Positions 26,411 through 41,600 of a DNA stretch of 56,553 nucleotides are shown here, in pieces; the stretch's first letter is position 1, and the number at the start of each line of letters is the position of its first letter. A program made the position numbers and the translations under genes. The stretch lies in contig KZ538127.1 in the NCBI GenBank assembly GCA_000934665.2, forward strand, positions 62,001 to 118,553. Direction: 5' to 3'. The notes under the pieces are model-generated. The model was not told the origin of the DNA. It made no database searches and saw only the letters and a program-made list of their open reading frames with translations. Source of the stretch: Catajapyx aquilonaris (lineage: Eukaryota).

Positions 26411-29400
26411 CTAAAAATATGCAACCAATTAATTAAAACGCCATTATTTTCTGCAAGGTGATCCCGATTTCATTTTCTCCAACGTACAGTTCGCAATCGG
26501 ACGCGTAGATTGACAAGACGAGCGTAGAAGGTGTACGTATGTGCCACGCTTGCTGATGCACACATGACAACAGAGTATTTCGCCAGCAGTGACGTCACGA
26601 CGTCGAATGACATCAGCGTCCCTACTGGTGAAGTAATCCTTGCCAATAATAGCACCCATGGGTTTTCACACGCATTAATACACACACCGCTCACAGAAAT
26701 TTGCATTTGCTCATTTTCCTACCCAATGTGATATGACATTTTTTTAAAAAAAATTTAAAGCGCTTTATCTTTTGTTCCGCTCTGAAATGAGTTTGCATGC
26801 TATAAGGATCATTATGCCGAAGTTCTCCCCCTTTTTTCCCTTCGCGATCAGTGCCAAGCTTGGAGCGGCGCCACCAACACACGTCTTTTTCTCCTTGGAA
26901 GCCATTTGGACTCCTGGCTCGATTATTTCCCCCAGGAAGACAGACAGAAGCAGTAGGATACCAGACAAGTAGTGTGTATCATATGGTGTTGTCAGCAATG
27001 AGATGACTTCTCCTTGTTTAAAAATAATTTAAAACCAGGATTAGTAGCCACGGATCACCAAGGATTGCTGATGGGAGTCACGCCGAATGAGCATCTTTTG
27101 ACCAGAAACAGTGAGTTTTTTTCAATATTGAAAAAAAATTAATTGTCAACTTATCTGTGTCGATGGGACACTATTTTTGTAATGAGGCGGTCCACATGTG
27201 CATCAAAAATGGAAGATTGTAGATAAGGGCTCGATATTTTGGGACGCGGCACCCGCTTCTTGGGATTTTTCGCGAGCTGTGCCAAGACCAGTTAGGCCCG
27301 CTTCTTATTTACACGGATTCAAACACCGACGAGATATTTATGACCTCCTTTTGACCCCACGATATTTTTATTTCCACTGGCTAATAATTAAAACATGCGG
27401 GAAATATTTTTCTCCTACAGACAAAAAAAAGGGGGGGGGGGGGGGNNNGGGGTGGATAAAATATTTCAAACACTACTTATCAGGTGGCAACCATCCAAAG
27501 CATTTTGTCCTTTTCGGCTAATTCTGAAATGCAAAGTTCAAGTAGGGATTTGTTGAACTTGCGGCGTATGGTGTAGTCTACGTGCTATACTCGGCCTTGC
27601 TCATCTGACTGCGTATACAGACTCTTTGAACATAGTTGGCTTGCTTTTTTAGCATTGCAGCATATGACTAGGGTCAACATCAGCGTTAACTGCGCTTTTG
27701 TATACAGTACACTGGCATCCAATTGTTTCATACGTCACAGAATTATTAATATGAAAAAAATGGAAAAATTGTACTAACACACGACAATGCCTTATTACGA
27801 CTAGGTCACGTATTAGTAGTACACTATAACTTGGATATGAAGTCAGCACTCATATTTTAGTAGGCTAACAGGTATTCTTACAGCAAGGTGTGACAAATGA
27901 AATGATCAATTGGATTGAAATAAATTGCGCATAATCGCACACTTATAAAAATATGTAACGATATACTGAGGCTAGTTGCATGGCCGATAGTTTATAATCC
28001 AGAATAAGTGATTAACACATATTCAAGGTTTACTACCAATCACCCAACCTGCTGTATACTATTATTACGATGTTTAAAATATTCTGCAAGGATATATGCC
28101 TCTAGAGTTTGAATAAAAATAAATTTGTAATACGTACAAAGCCTACTTGACAGCACAGGAGTGACCGAGTGTAGAACCCAGTTGGACGGTTTGGTGGCAA
28201 TGCTTGCCTTGTATTTGGCAAGCCCCACTGATGCTGTCAAAATCAGCGCGAGTCTAGAGGAGGAAAAAAAAACGGCTAGATCCATTTAACTGTAAAATGT
28301 CCCCATGTATAGAAAAGTGAGCAGATGCCCCTCGATTTCCGCTGATAAAGTGAATTGCACTAATGATAAGTGACATCCTCATAGCTGTAGGGTCAAACAT
28401 AGCATTTGACTGGACGACACCACGTGAGTCTGTTGACCTATAAAATGAATCAGGTGTCATATTCAGTTAACATTACGGAGGATAAAACTACTGGAAGTTT
28501 CTGAATATATAGGTTTTAGGTCGTGAGTAATTTTGCGTCCGCCTTGTCTGAAATTAGACGTTTCAAGGAGGTGGTTTTTCTTAGAGAGACATGACGATAT
28601 AGTTGGGAATATGACAGTCTCAAGGTCTCGCATCTGGATACTTTTGGAGGATACTCTGGACCGAAAATAAGCGTTAGTCGTTAAAAATAATAGAGCATAA
28701 TAGTGCTAAATATGGAGTCTAATTTGTCATCACGTTATTTCTCCATCGTTATGGAAAATCAAAGGAAGTGGAAAATATGCGATACTATTTTTGTCGTTCG
28801 GACGTAATTGGGCGTTGTAACAGCAGTACCGAACAATAATTGGATCATTAACAGAATTTAATAAGTGGAACGATGCTGAAAAGAAGGATGGCCTCCTTTT
28901 CCACCCAAAGCATCATAAAGCTGCATTCAATTATGGAGTCCAGACTAAATATAGTCCAACGATGGCTCCACTTTCTGCACGCGAGGGTTTTTCAAATATC
29001 AAATGCTCTCAAGAATAGCGGTCATTTCTTCGAAAAATTTAACCTGAGCAGTAATGTTGATTAACAATCTTACGCATGTAAATTCAAACATTGTTCCGAT
29101 TATTATGCATGAATTGCAACTTAAATATTTTCAAAGCCACACAAATGTGTATTTTGCGTGTACGTATTATATTTTACCTTTTTATGACATTAAAATGTGC
29201 AAAATATAGCTGCGTCCTAATATACTTGTACAAGGGGTCGGCCATTGACACCTGTTGATGACATTTCGTATAGCAAAAATTTTGCCAGACACTGCGCTTA
29301 TTGGTGGTCAGTGAACTCTCATTACCCGTACACAAGTGAACTCTCATTACCCGTACACAAAGACAGAAAACAACGCATTTGGCTTCTGCTGTGCTTGTTC

Positions 29401-32400
29401 ATCGGCACACTGCATCATTAGTGTAGCATACACTTTTTGACCCGTGGTCATCACAACTTTACTTGCAAAAACCGGGGCCTAATTTTGTCCTGGTTGCTAA
29501 TTTTCTATTTTTGTTATTTAATATCCACTGTATTTTGAAGAGAGGGTTATTTAGAAAGCCGACACATCTGCCTTGCACCTTTACAGCTGGCCAAATATAC
29601 TAGAGTTCCCAGAATAGAAGCGAAGGCGTCGATTGTCAGTGGGAAAGATAGAGGATGGATCGTTTAGAGAAGTTGCTGATGCTGATGTTGATGGGATTAT
29701 GTGTTCAACCGGCGGTTTTTTTCTTTCCTTACAACTGAAGTTACCGCCTTGTTATATATTACAACGCAATTGTTGCACATTTGGGTGTGGCTGTCCGCAA
29801 GGGTGTGGCTCAACTTGCTTAGATATCGGTGTAATTCTTGGCGTGTTGAGTTAATTAAGTTTGGGGCGGTAGTGCAATTTGAAGCCAATTTTTAAGAGGT
29901 GGCGTATATGTCATTTGACGTCGTTAGCACTTGATTTTGTGAATAATTCAGCAATAAGGAGACACAACAATTAGACTTGCATCGGGTAATTTTAAAAAAT
30001 ATTTGGTATATTCTCGCCTGGCATGATTCTCGCTGTCGCAGTGTATAAGTGCAACAGTGTGATGGTGCGGTGCAATGTTTACCAGACATTTCAAGGACTG
30101 TGTACATGACCAGTGGCTATATACAGCTCCATGGATGCGTTATTGTGCCCCTTGACCAGCACGTCCGAGTTGGGAGAGCTGCGGTCTATTTTAGCGATCT
30201 CCATAACTCAAGTCGCATTGCGTCCAGTGTGTGTATAACTTCAGCAAGGGCGCCACAAGTCTGCGAAATCAAGGGTGAAAATAATGTGTGTTTCCCTGTC
30301 ACGCACAGCATAAGTGTGTAAGGTATATATAGGGAATGGCACGACACGTGGTTTGGCTTCCTCAGGGCTTCCTATAAGGTGTAGGGGGGAAGCATAGCAG
30401 GTGTTGTTTATTATGCTCCTATGGGACGCTTAATAATTGATTTTAATAATTTCGATGCGCTTCATTCTCAAATTAACGCAGCAAAAATGTAGGATTGTCA
30501 AAAGCTACACGCTATCACCATCATGTAGAGTTGGCTGTAATAATAATTAAGGATAAATATTTTACATTATTAAGGATAAATCTATTATCACTCTTGCCAT
30601 GAATGCTTATTTAAAGCGGCTGTTATTGCGTTAGTACTGTTTAATTCTGTCAGTGTGAGTTTGGAACACTTCATGGCCAGAAATACCTTGCTCTGTCATA
30701 TAGCTCTATAGAATGATGGCATCTAGAAATTGAAGTTCCACGAAATACTCAGAATTAGACAATAAATTTAGGACAACGTCAGAGACTTACAGATAAATTC
30801 ACCGCTGTCTACGATCCCGAATATTCTGAGTATTTCAGTCTCAAAGTGTCGTTGGGAAAAACCAAACGTACTATAGTTAGCTCCTCTTGAAAAAAGCGCA
30901 GAAAAAAAAAAATCTCTGACGTAAATCTGGTTTCACCTAAATTCACATGCATTGAAGACTTGCGTAACCCAAAGTACTTTAAATTTCAGACTATCAAAAA
31001 ATGGGCAGTAATTTTTTTGTTTATTTGATTAAAACAAACGTACCGGCGTTCAGCACCGAAACTGTCACGTCCAGAACTTTTATATCCACTACTATACTAC
31101 TCCACGATATCCTCCCCACCCCCTCCTCTCCCTATACCACCCTTTTACACAAGCACTCAAAATAGATATGCTGCACTAAAAAAAAAAATGCCTACTAGTC
31201 TTTTGCCAACGATTCTCGTATTTTGGCAAGTTCGTTGAACAGCTGATGCAGTGGGCGTCAGGGCCAAACTAAGTAGCATTCCAGGAACAACTCCTCTCAG
31301 GTTTTCGCCAACAGATGGTTTGGCCAGCCCTCTAACGAACATATGCAGGACTTAAAACCCATTTTCCTATCCGCTGAATCCAAGCCAGAGTATAGAGTTT
31401 GCCATCTTGCGATGGCGGGAAAAATTTTCTTCAACTAGAGAGAACTTTTCAAATGCATAGCAACATGTGTGCTGTAGGGCATGTAGCTTCATGATAAACA
31501 GCATTTTTGGATCTCAAAATGACGAGTGTCTTCATTTTTGCTGGATCAGTAACATTGCGAATAAAATAATATTTTTAACCTCGACTGGAAAAAAATGTCG
31601 CTTCATATGGGCTTCATAAAATATCTGAAATCCTTTTCACGATGCACAAAAATTATTTCACAGCGTGATGTAGGACATTATAATTATGAGCCTAAATTAT
31701 TAAAAACAATGTAAAACATTGTTAAGTAGTTAACTTTCACGCTGAAGTCTTTGCGTCATTGCTGAATTAGTTACCCATGTTCAAAAATAATGATGTGACC
31801 TTTTTTAGTGTCAATAAATGCCACGCGTGAGTAAAATATGACAGTGAAAGAAGGAGTGTGACATATTCGAATATATACACAACAAACTCCTAAAAATAGC
31901 ACATATGTTTTACAACCATCTGCTTATTTTTTAAAAGCTTATAGGTTATAGATGCTAAACACATAGCAGAAAGCGGAAGAATTTCAAATAGCTTTCCGTG
32001 TAAGTGCATAAATAATAATTTGTGAGATTTTTATGACGGGCAGCATTCATCAGAATTTCATGGGCCCTCTAAGAAGTCTTAATGAATAGGATAACTTATA
32101 ACCAAAGTGGTACCTTATTCTCACTACCATGCAATAGTTTGCACAGTACAAGAACCAGCATATGATTTTTCAGGACATTGCTGTGTGCCTATATATTCAT
32201 CATGCATGATTTCTGCAGGAAGAGAAGCAGATATCTTCAATTGATATTATTTATGTCTCATGTTGCAACCAGTTATTTTTTGCCCCCCCCCCCCCCNNNN
32301 NCCCCCCCCCCCCCCACAGCATTAGCATATACAACACGAATGCCATTAAAATGTAAGCTGCGTCGTAAATCGCGCACGAGCCGGGTGTGACTAACCTTGT

Positions 32401-35400
32401 GTCACACCGTCGTGCAGGATGCAGTATATTGCATTAAAAATACCCCATCAGGCAAAAGATACCGCCTCGAGCACATAGTGACCTGTCAACTGCCGATTAG
32501 TCACTGAGGCGTTAGTGACGTTTTATTTTCGACTTATTAATTCACACGTATTGCTGCACCCGTCAATGTTTTCACTGTAACATCATGCAATGCGAATGAC
32601 TTTCTCTGAACTGCACGTGTGGGTAACACAACTCCTGAGACATGAACGATTTAGAATGCATCTGATAATGATTTTAAAAATTCATCGCTTTTAAATTTGC
32701 ACATAATAATATTCTAATGCTGTAGGCTATTTTGTATGAGGCACATTCTGAGAAAATTCTAAATAATCAGACTCGCCTATTCAAGAACTAAAGAATGTGT
32801 ATGCATTGGCGAAGTGATTCACCACAGAACACATATTTGACCATGAATTTGACAATTTGTGAGGAATTTTTACATAATATAATTGGGATTTAAATCCCGG
32901 AGACGCTTCGCCGCATTTTGCCATACTATTTCTTCCGCAAGTGATGACAGCTGTAATAGGTCAGCAACCCAAAGTGAAGAAATTGCTTCCAGCAGGCTAT
33001 ATTTTGCTGGATCGGAATTCTGCCTGTCGTTGCATTCCAGTATAGGCTATAAACTAATGTGTGTATATATAGACAGAGAAAGTCCTGCTTATATACGAGT
33101 AAAATTATACGCCCATGTGTAAGCTATAGGTCCACCTTTACTTATAGAAAAAAATTACAGAATTTTTGATATTATGGAAGTGTTAATGCAGAGCGTAAAG
33201 GCCTATGGTGTTAAAATGATAAGAAGTTGATATTTTGATTTTAGCATTATATTGTACTTATGATCATATGCGTTCAAAATAACTTAACACTTGAATTTGC
33301 TTTTTCTAATTAATTTTGCACCACAAAACTTTTCTTTTTTATGTTGGAATTACCTTCTTTATGAGTTGTGACATGAACCTGTCAAAATATTTGTAATTTC
33401 GCAGAATAATTCTCCCATATTGCAATACTCGTCCACATGCGACAAAAGAAACTGCGTATAAATTTTTGGAAGGCAGATCAGCAAAAAATCTAACGCACAA
33501 GAAATAATATTGTGACTGGTGATGAAACCATAAAAATAAGACTCGTGCCATCAAACGTCCTGCACAATTTAGGGGACTGTGGGTTAGCTCAGTTCAGAAA
33601 TATTGACAAGGAGGGCAGCTAACTTTGCTGCTGTCAGAGTTATTTTTAAATTCCCTTCCGTATGAAAATAAACCTCCTTAAAATAAAAACAAAAACTTAA
33701 AAGGTTAGCAAAATATTTAATTTGGCATTTTGCTCTTTATTATTTTAATCTTCAAAACTTTGAACCAACCGGCTATAATTGCGTTATTGTTATTATTAGC
33801 ATTTAAAAAAACACTTTTTTAAATGACCCCAACAGGTGCAAATGTTGCAATACTCGGTGTAAAATAGCTGGTACTAAAGATCTAATGATAGACAAGACAT
33901 CCACATCACGCTGTACTTTTGCTAACTCGGTTATACTTGCAAAGGGCGGTTTCTAAACAAAGCCGGAGACAGGTTTACTCCACTTGTATTCTTTAGATGG
34001 ACGAGTAGCGCAAAAATAGACGTCCCACACCTTGTGGCGGGGATCTAGGAACACATCCTCTCCATACATACATCCCCAGCAACTCCTTACAGAGGAGTCG
34101 CAAAATAGCAGAGTTATTTTCAGTTTCTAACCATAAACATGCCCAGTTCGCTAATGATTGCGAATTCAATTAGTGCCTGAAATTATAATTGCAGTATTGG
34201 CTGAAGTACAAATGTCCAACTTCAACAAAGAGGCTCACTATATGATTCTTGTAGGATGAAGAACTTTTTTTTGGGTTTATTTTGAAGAAGGAAGTATATG
34301 GGCATTTACGTCTGACGTGTCTATACACACAAGCCTTTAAAATGGCTCGAGAGAATGGCGTGAATGAGATTTTTAAAATAGTCATCGCTTCCAAAGGGGT
34401 TAGAAGGATGCTGTCAGTAAAAAATGATAAGGCGCGTGCTTCGAACGCATAACATTCTGTAACCGAGTTATGAAAATGAAAAGTATAGCACAATACACTG
34501 TGCTTAATTTGCTACAAAAATATTGCCAAATTGGTCACATGGTACAGCTACCTGTGAAATTAACTTGTCACTAAATAGTGGCTGTACAGTGTAAAGATTT
34601 TTTGTGACAATTTCAACGCCATTATGGTGATTTTCTGGAAGAACATGAATGAAAATCCATTGTGGTTAAGTACTATTCCCAAGCAAACTTGGAAATAACT
34701 GAAAGCCTATCAACGAAAGATATATCACTCAAAAAGGACATTAAATTTCAATTAGCTTGAGTGAAAGATCACTCAAATTGAGCCGAAAACCACTCAAACT
34801 ATTTTAGACTAGAGGCTACGTACTTACAGCTATGCGCTATAGAAAACGGCCTATTCTAATGAGGGTGCTGTTTGTTTTAAAAAGTCTGGTACATGAGAGG
34901 CTATAAATTTACGATGCAACAACACCTAACTGGAACTAATAAATCACAAAAGAAGGATAATGACCCGATGTAAATTTTCTTTATTTTTTTGTTCCGAGAA
35001 TAGTGCTCAGGAATTCACTCAGGAATTTGGTCATCCTCTTGCAAAGGAGCAAGGTACTTTGGCCTACCTATATATGTACTGAAGGATAATAGTTTCTTTA
35101 ACAATCGCAGAAAAAATGCTGTAAGTCACGTGATTAGAAGCTTGTGATCAAAATTGAAAACACTCGGGGGGGAAAAAGACACAGAAATTTACCAGTGATT
35201 ATATCCTAATATTGGTCAACATTAAGGAATTTCCAAAACCTCACGCACAGCTGACTTGAACTTATTGCTCCAAAAGTCCCTGATTATTTTTATGACTCCA
35301 TTTTTTTTTGCTCCCCTACAAAATTCTATGGCTTGAACCGTGTCCTGAATTTAAAGCTCCAAATTTTACGGACCGATAGCTAATGAATTGGATTACTCAG

Positions 35401-35650
35401 AGCTAACGAGGAGAGTATCGTCTGACCGAACTGGTACGCCCGCTATTGCGAAAATACAGACCAAGTGGTGTGGAAGTAGGGCAGAGTTTTTTTTTGCAAT
35501 TTTTTTTTTTTATTTGGATGGTGGTAGTGGAGAGGGTTTTTAGAGGCGTGGGTGGGCTAGTCTTGTGGCCTCCTCGCGGGCGCCGCTTGAAACCAATTCG
35601 GATAGTGTTAGTAGCAGGATGGTGTCCGATGACTCCGGATCGTCCAGGTG

Positions 35651-38600
35651 ATGGACAGCCCTAGAAAGGGACGGAAGAAGGAGCGATGGCTCCTAACCAG
35701 GAAGACATGGAGGTACATGACCGACGCCGGTCGTCGACTCATCCCGGAAGGACTGTCTCCATCGAGCAAACCGGAAGAGGTGTTCGCACACGTCGAAGAA
35801 CATTTCCAAGAGGTGTGCAACAAGGAGAATCGATTCCTACTGTGGAGACGAACAAAGAAGAAGAAGGACGAGCGAGAAATCAGCTCAGAGGACCACTTGG
35901 AAGATGAGTATGACGATGACGAGGAAGACGAAGAGGAAGAGTGTGACCAACTGAAGAAGCATGTGGCGGTTCAGACCGAGCCGTTGCCTGACGAGTTTTA
36001 CATGTGGGTTGAACGAAGACAACAGGAGGAAGAGAAGAAGAAGGGTTGTCCCACTCCAGAGTCCGGATACTCCTCGTCAGTTAGTGACACTATCAAACGG
36101 TACCTCCGGATGGTGCGGAAGAACTCAAAGTCGGACAAGGAGAAAGCGGATAGGTTCAAGACTGTGAACTATGACAGATCTTTGAGGTACATTAAGTCTA
36201 AGAGGGTTCCTGTCGAGGGAGAGGAGGAGCTCGTGCCGGTACCGGTACCGCCTCCGGAGTTGGGTGTGCAAGCTGGGGATCCTTTAGTGCCATTCCTTCG
36301 TGACTTTAACTATGACACCAATTTGTTTCGTGTTTGTCGAAAAGATTCGAAGGTAAGGTGTGATGAAGTTGGTCAACTTTGGACGTTTTTTTTTTTTTGC
36401 TGAGATTCAAACATTTAACTGACCGTTAACAGCTAACTGCAGTTTAATTCCCGATTGCACCAACCGAAATTACCGATCCGATAGCTCCTAATGGATAGTT
36501 AGGAGCCCTTTTAACGTGTGTTAACGATCTGTTAGGAGCTATCGGTGCAATCGGGCATAAGGCCCGATTTCTAGAACAGCGGTTCAAATGTAAACCCTGT
36601 TCAAGTCCGGTTTAATCCCAGTTCCGAGTCCCTGAACTGGGATTAAACCCTCTGAACTGGGATTAAACCGGACTTGAACCGAGTTTACATTTGAACCACT
36701 GGCACTGTTCGAGAAATCGGGCTTGAGTAATTTTGTTGATCTGGAACTTAAACTACTGTTAACACTTAACGGACAGTTAAATGGACAAATAGGGTGTATA
36801 TTCTCTGTGGATTTGTGGAAATAAGTCGAAGTCCATTGATTAAATGAATCAAAATTGCACAAAAATAATTTAGAGAGCGGGTCGCAAATTTCGATTTAAT
36901 AATATCGTGCCTCGTGTAGTGAGCCGATATTTATGGAATCCGCTGACGTGTAGTTATTTTGCCAGTGAGGTTCCAAATCGCATTGCCAATTCTATGTTTT
37001 GCTTTACCCCGGAAGCGGGGTTGACTTTGTTTTAAAATGTTGCCGGTTCAAAATTAGTGGTGCTGAATAATACTCAAAACTATCCCCATTATCAATATGG
37101 TCCGGTTTATCTTTGGATTTTGAGCTCACAAAAAAAATTAACCTTGGGATTATTGCTAATAAAGGCCACCAGCGATTGGTCGAGCAGCGAAGAGAAAGCA
37201 AGTACCACGAGTCCCCGGTACTCCATCACCGTCAGCGACGAGTATGGTACACGCGACTACTTTTCGCCGAGTTCGGACAACGAAACGGACGGAGCTCGGT
37301 ACAGTCAGATGAGCAGTGCAAGGAGTAGCATAGACACCAACTACACAGGAGAGGACGACGTGTTCAGACCTTCCTCTGCCCTACTCCTTCACCCGAGGTC
37401 CTCCATCACCTCGACACACTCCCAGCAACTGTTCCTGTCCCAGCAGTACAATACTGGTCGTGGCACAAGCAGACGACGTCCTCCGTCCAATTTGCATGTT
37501 GGGATGACTCATGGCGCGTGTGTGTCATTCGCTCCGTCCACAGTGATGCAGAAGTCCAAGTCATCGTCCAACGTGGTGCACCACGGAGGGAAAATCATGG
37601 CCAAAAAGATGTGGCGCTCGAGGTCCAAGAGCCAGAGCAGGGCCAGCGCCAACTCCACCTGCACCTGGACGCCTCAGGTAAGAATTCAATTCATCAGACA
37701 CAGAGGAATGCGAAACGCAATTTGAATCATTTTAATCCATTTTTAAATGATTCGGCAGAAAAATTACGCGTCAAGAAACTTGGTATTGGGGCTAATTGCA
37801 ATTGGAGCAGGCAATGCTCTGTAGATATTGCATGCTCCAGTAACAACCCAGAGGCATTAGAGCTTAGAAACACAAATATGGGCAGGTTTCATGAAGGCAC
37901 TTGTGCACCTTAGGTATTTTAATCGATTTAAGTCAAACAATCGTATTTGACGTTTAAAACAATTTCATTCTGCAAACATGGTTGAAGCTGAAATATATCG
38001 CAATAAAATTATGCAGAGATTATTTATTAAAGTTTCGTATCTTTAAGTAAGTTTTGAAACTTATAATTAAAATGTTGAGTAGGCCTACTGTGATAGGCCT
38101 ATAGCGTGGGGAAAAACATTGCTAGATGATCCGTGTAGCAGGTTTATGCAAAGAGTGTAAAGTCAGGGACAACCACTTGTTGGTGTCTCTCTTTTCTGAC
38201 CTGTAACTTATAAATAACTGGTCTGTATATTTGCTTTTACTTGGATAAGAATAACAGGAAATTAGTGCCGATAATGCGTGGCAGGTGATTGTCCTGAAGG
38301 AAGAAGATTTTGACCTCAGTTCCCGGCATCACTTGTTCAGTTTATGCATACCTATAGCTAAAAAATTCATATCCTGGCTTGTGTCACCGGACGAGGCTTT
38401 TCCGTCACCCTGCTGGACATTATCATGAATTTACGAACTAGTTTCTACTTACTAATTACAGTAACGCAATGATTTTTGTAACTAAACAGCGGATTCTATG
38501 ACAATATTGTAAATATACATATTTGTAATAAGTAATTCTGTCCTATTGACATGAATATTTTTGTGCCAATTTCATATTTCAAATAATGATGAATTGCTGG

Positions 38601-41600
38601 CCGACACATTGATCATTTTAATTTCTGAATCGCTATTCCGGAATCAGGCTTGGTTTTTCCTGACTGCAATTAACCGGATCAGGTTTATAGGCAAAGTTAT
38701 CACTTATCAGTGCAAAAATTCAATTATTTTTTGTAGGGGTAACGACGCAAGAGAAGCAGCAGTTAGTATACGTGAAGGTTGCTGCATGTGTTTATTTAGT
38801 CTTGTCAGTATGGGGAAGGAGTACGAGGCAGAGTCCATATGAATATCCAGGCGGTCGAGTTATAGTTAGAACTGCAACCTGATAAAGGCCCCAGAGGTAC
38901 AAGCAGAACTGCTAACCTTCCTCGACACCTACCCATTTTTGAAATTCAATCATCATATTTCGGGTTTGGTGGCGCGCATGGTTTGCTGCTGCTCGTTATG
39001 CAACGTGGAAAAAGAGGAGTGCTGCGATGTGAGATAATTTCTGATGCTCCAGCGAGTAATATTTATGCCATACATGAATGAGTCTGCTTTATAACGCTTG
39101 TAACGCACCGTTAAAGCACATCGTAAAAATCTTGATCACTCAATAGTAAAGCTTAACAATGTTGCGGTAATGTTTTAATCACTCTTAAATTATTTTTAAA
39201 GTTTCAGTTCCAATCCAAAAGTTACAGACGGTATACATATTTAGCAGGTACAGATCTTGTTTGGAAAAACACATGTAACATTAACGCATCAGCAGTCCCA
39301 ATCAGTTCGTGTCATAATATCAATTGTGGTACATAATTATTCGACATCGCTCAAGAAATTTGCATAATTTTGCAGCTCAAGAGTTGTTGCCGCCAAAGCC
39401 TCTCTGCAACCGCTTTATAAAAGTACGCCAGCGGTCATCTGATAGCTTCGTTTATTTTTACTCGCGTATTTGGAAACTCTAGAGAACTGCTAAGCTAAAA
39501 TTTCGCAGAAAAATTTCTACAATATTGCCGTCATGACACTTCCCATCTTCGTGATTACTATTAGTAGTGCGGGGGAAAAAATGTTTGCTTTATTGTAAAT
39601 AAACTATGGTAAGGAAATGGCTTAAATGTGATGATGGGGGAAATAGAGTGACGATACATTTTTGGGTCGCAGGGTAGGTGTCGGTGGAGCAGCATAACAT
39701 CGAGACAGGTGTCCCTGACGGATACGACCCTCCTGCATCTCACAGATATCGAGAGACGCACACTTCAAAAGGTCGCTTTGGCCAAACTGCAGGCACTCAA
39801 CCTGGGTGCTGCCATTCGCATTCCTTCAGGTGAGTCTTATCCAATTGAAAGGGCTGTCACTGAACACTAATTTTCAAGAGAAAAACTGCCCAATAGGTCC
39901 TTATCACAATCCTATAGTTGCTCCTCTTGCAATTTGTTTCTGGATTAAACAACTATGTATACCTAACACATGGAGAGGATAATATTATTCTAGCAATGGC
40001 CTGATTTTATATTAATTTTTTGTAGAAAACTCCAATCCGACGCATAAACCAAAGAGGAGGCCATACTTGCTAAAGAAGAAGGCGCTGACCACAGGCTTCT
40101 TCGAGGGAAAAGACAAAGGTACAGTATAGGTATTGTACTCATTGCAGAATAATGAGTTCAACATAATCATGACCTATCACATTGTGCTGGATTGTGAACT
40201 ATTTTTGAACAAATTTTGACAGTTAAAAATGAGTTGCACAAAAATTTCGTGGACCTTTCAGACCACATTTACAAACCTTTTAAATCAGGCTGAACCCGGG
40301 CTTTTTGCCTCACTGGCTACGTCCTTGTCAACAAATGGTCACAAATAGCGCATCAATATTACGCGGATTATTGTGTGCCAAGTGCACAAAAAATTCTTGC
40401 CTTGGAACTCGTCGACACCTTTTTTTTAAACTGGGTCAGTAAGACTATTGACGCTACCTTACTAATGGAAACTGGCAGCTCAAAATAAACTTACGAGACC
40501 ATTCATTCGGGGGAAATAATGTTAATATCCGCATTCCGCTCCCAATTCCGTGAGCTCTGGTACGCAAGGCTACAAACAAAAGTTATGGTTTCAGCACGTT
40601 TATTGCCACGGAAAAATTCTGCAATGTTTCGTATTCAGTCTATCGCATTTGCAGTGTAATTGCATGATTGTAATATGAAAGCTCAAATACATTATGGCGA
40701 AAATAATTGTGTGGGATTGTGTATTGCAATATAAGCTGATATTGCAATAATTATTTCTTTCCCCAGGTCCTAAATTAGATTGAAATTCCACACAACCGCA
40801 GTCTTGTTTTGGTACGATCTATAAGATGTGTGTTGAGAGTAAAATGATCCAATTGTACGAATTATTGTTATGTATAGTGTATACTTGTGCTGATAAGTTT
40901 GATCTTACAGAATCATGTGGAGGGATGGTGTTCGGCATCTCTCTGAACCAGTGCATCAGCAATGACCAAGTTGCGAGAAGGGCAAGGGGCATAAGCCCTT
41001 GTCATCGGCATGGATCCGATGATACTGATCTCCACAAGAAAGCGCACCACGGCAGCAGAACCAGCTTTGGATCTTTACTCGACAGTCTCAGGAACGACAA
41101 GGTCAGTCGACTTGCCAAGGAAAATACTACATTATTAGTGGAAGGAATTTCTCACCATCTGTATAGTACTATAGTTCATTGATCGGAGCAACCTTCCCAT
41201 AAACGTGCATTTTTTTTCAGATTCCGTACCTTGTACTGACAAACGTTATTACTTGTTACTGGCCTTTTTTTTCAGAGTGAGTCTCAGCTACTAATCTAAT
41301 TTTGTTTGCCATTAAAATGAAAATACGACCATCATTATATTAGTAAAACCACTTTGTGGATGTGAATGTCATATCCTGTTTGGCTATAGACCAGGGGTTT
41401 TAAGCAGCAGAGTTAACATTTAACGTGGATTAATAAAGGAAAATTGACGTAAGATATTTTCTGTTGTGGCTTGTGGGTCCAAAGTTTCCAAATTCAGTCA
41501 ATATTCACAATTTCATAATTTTGGTAAATGAACAGGGAACATAATGTAGTTAAAAGGGTATATATATCCACCTCTCTCACATTACTTGTACACTAGATCG

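Noticed and set aside
29311..29360. 25 bp tandem duplication (similar 20 bp repeat at ~2551-2597)
   Set aside because: Ordinary slippage duplication with no functional hint.
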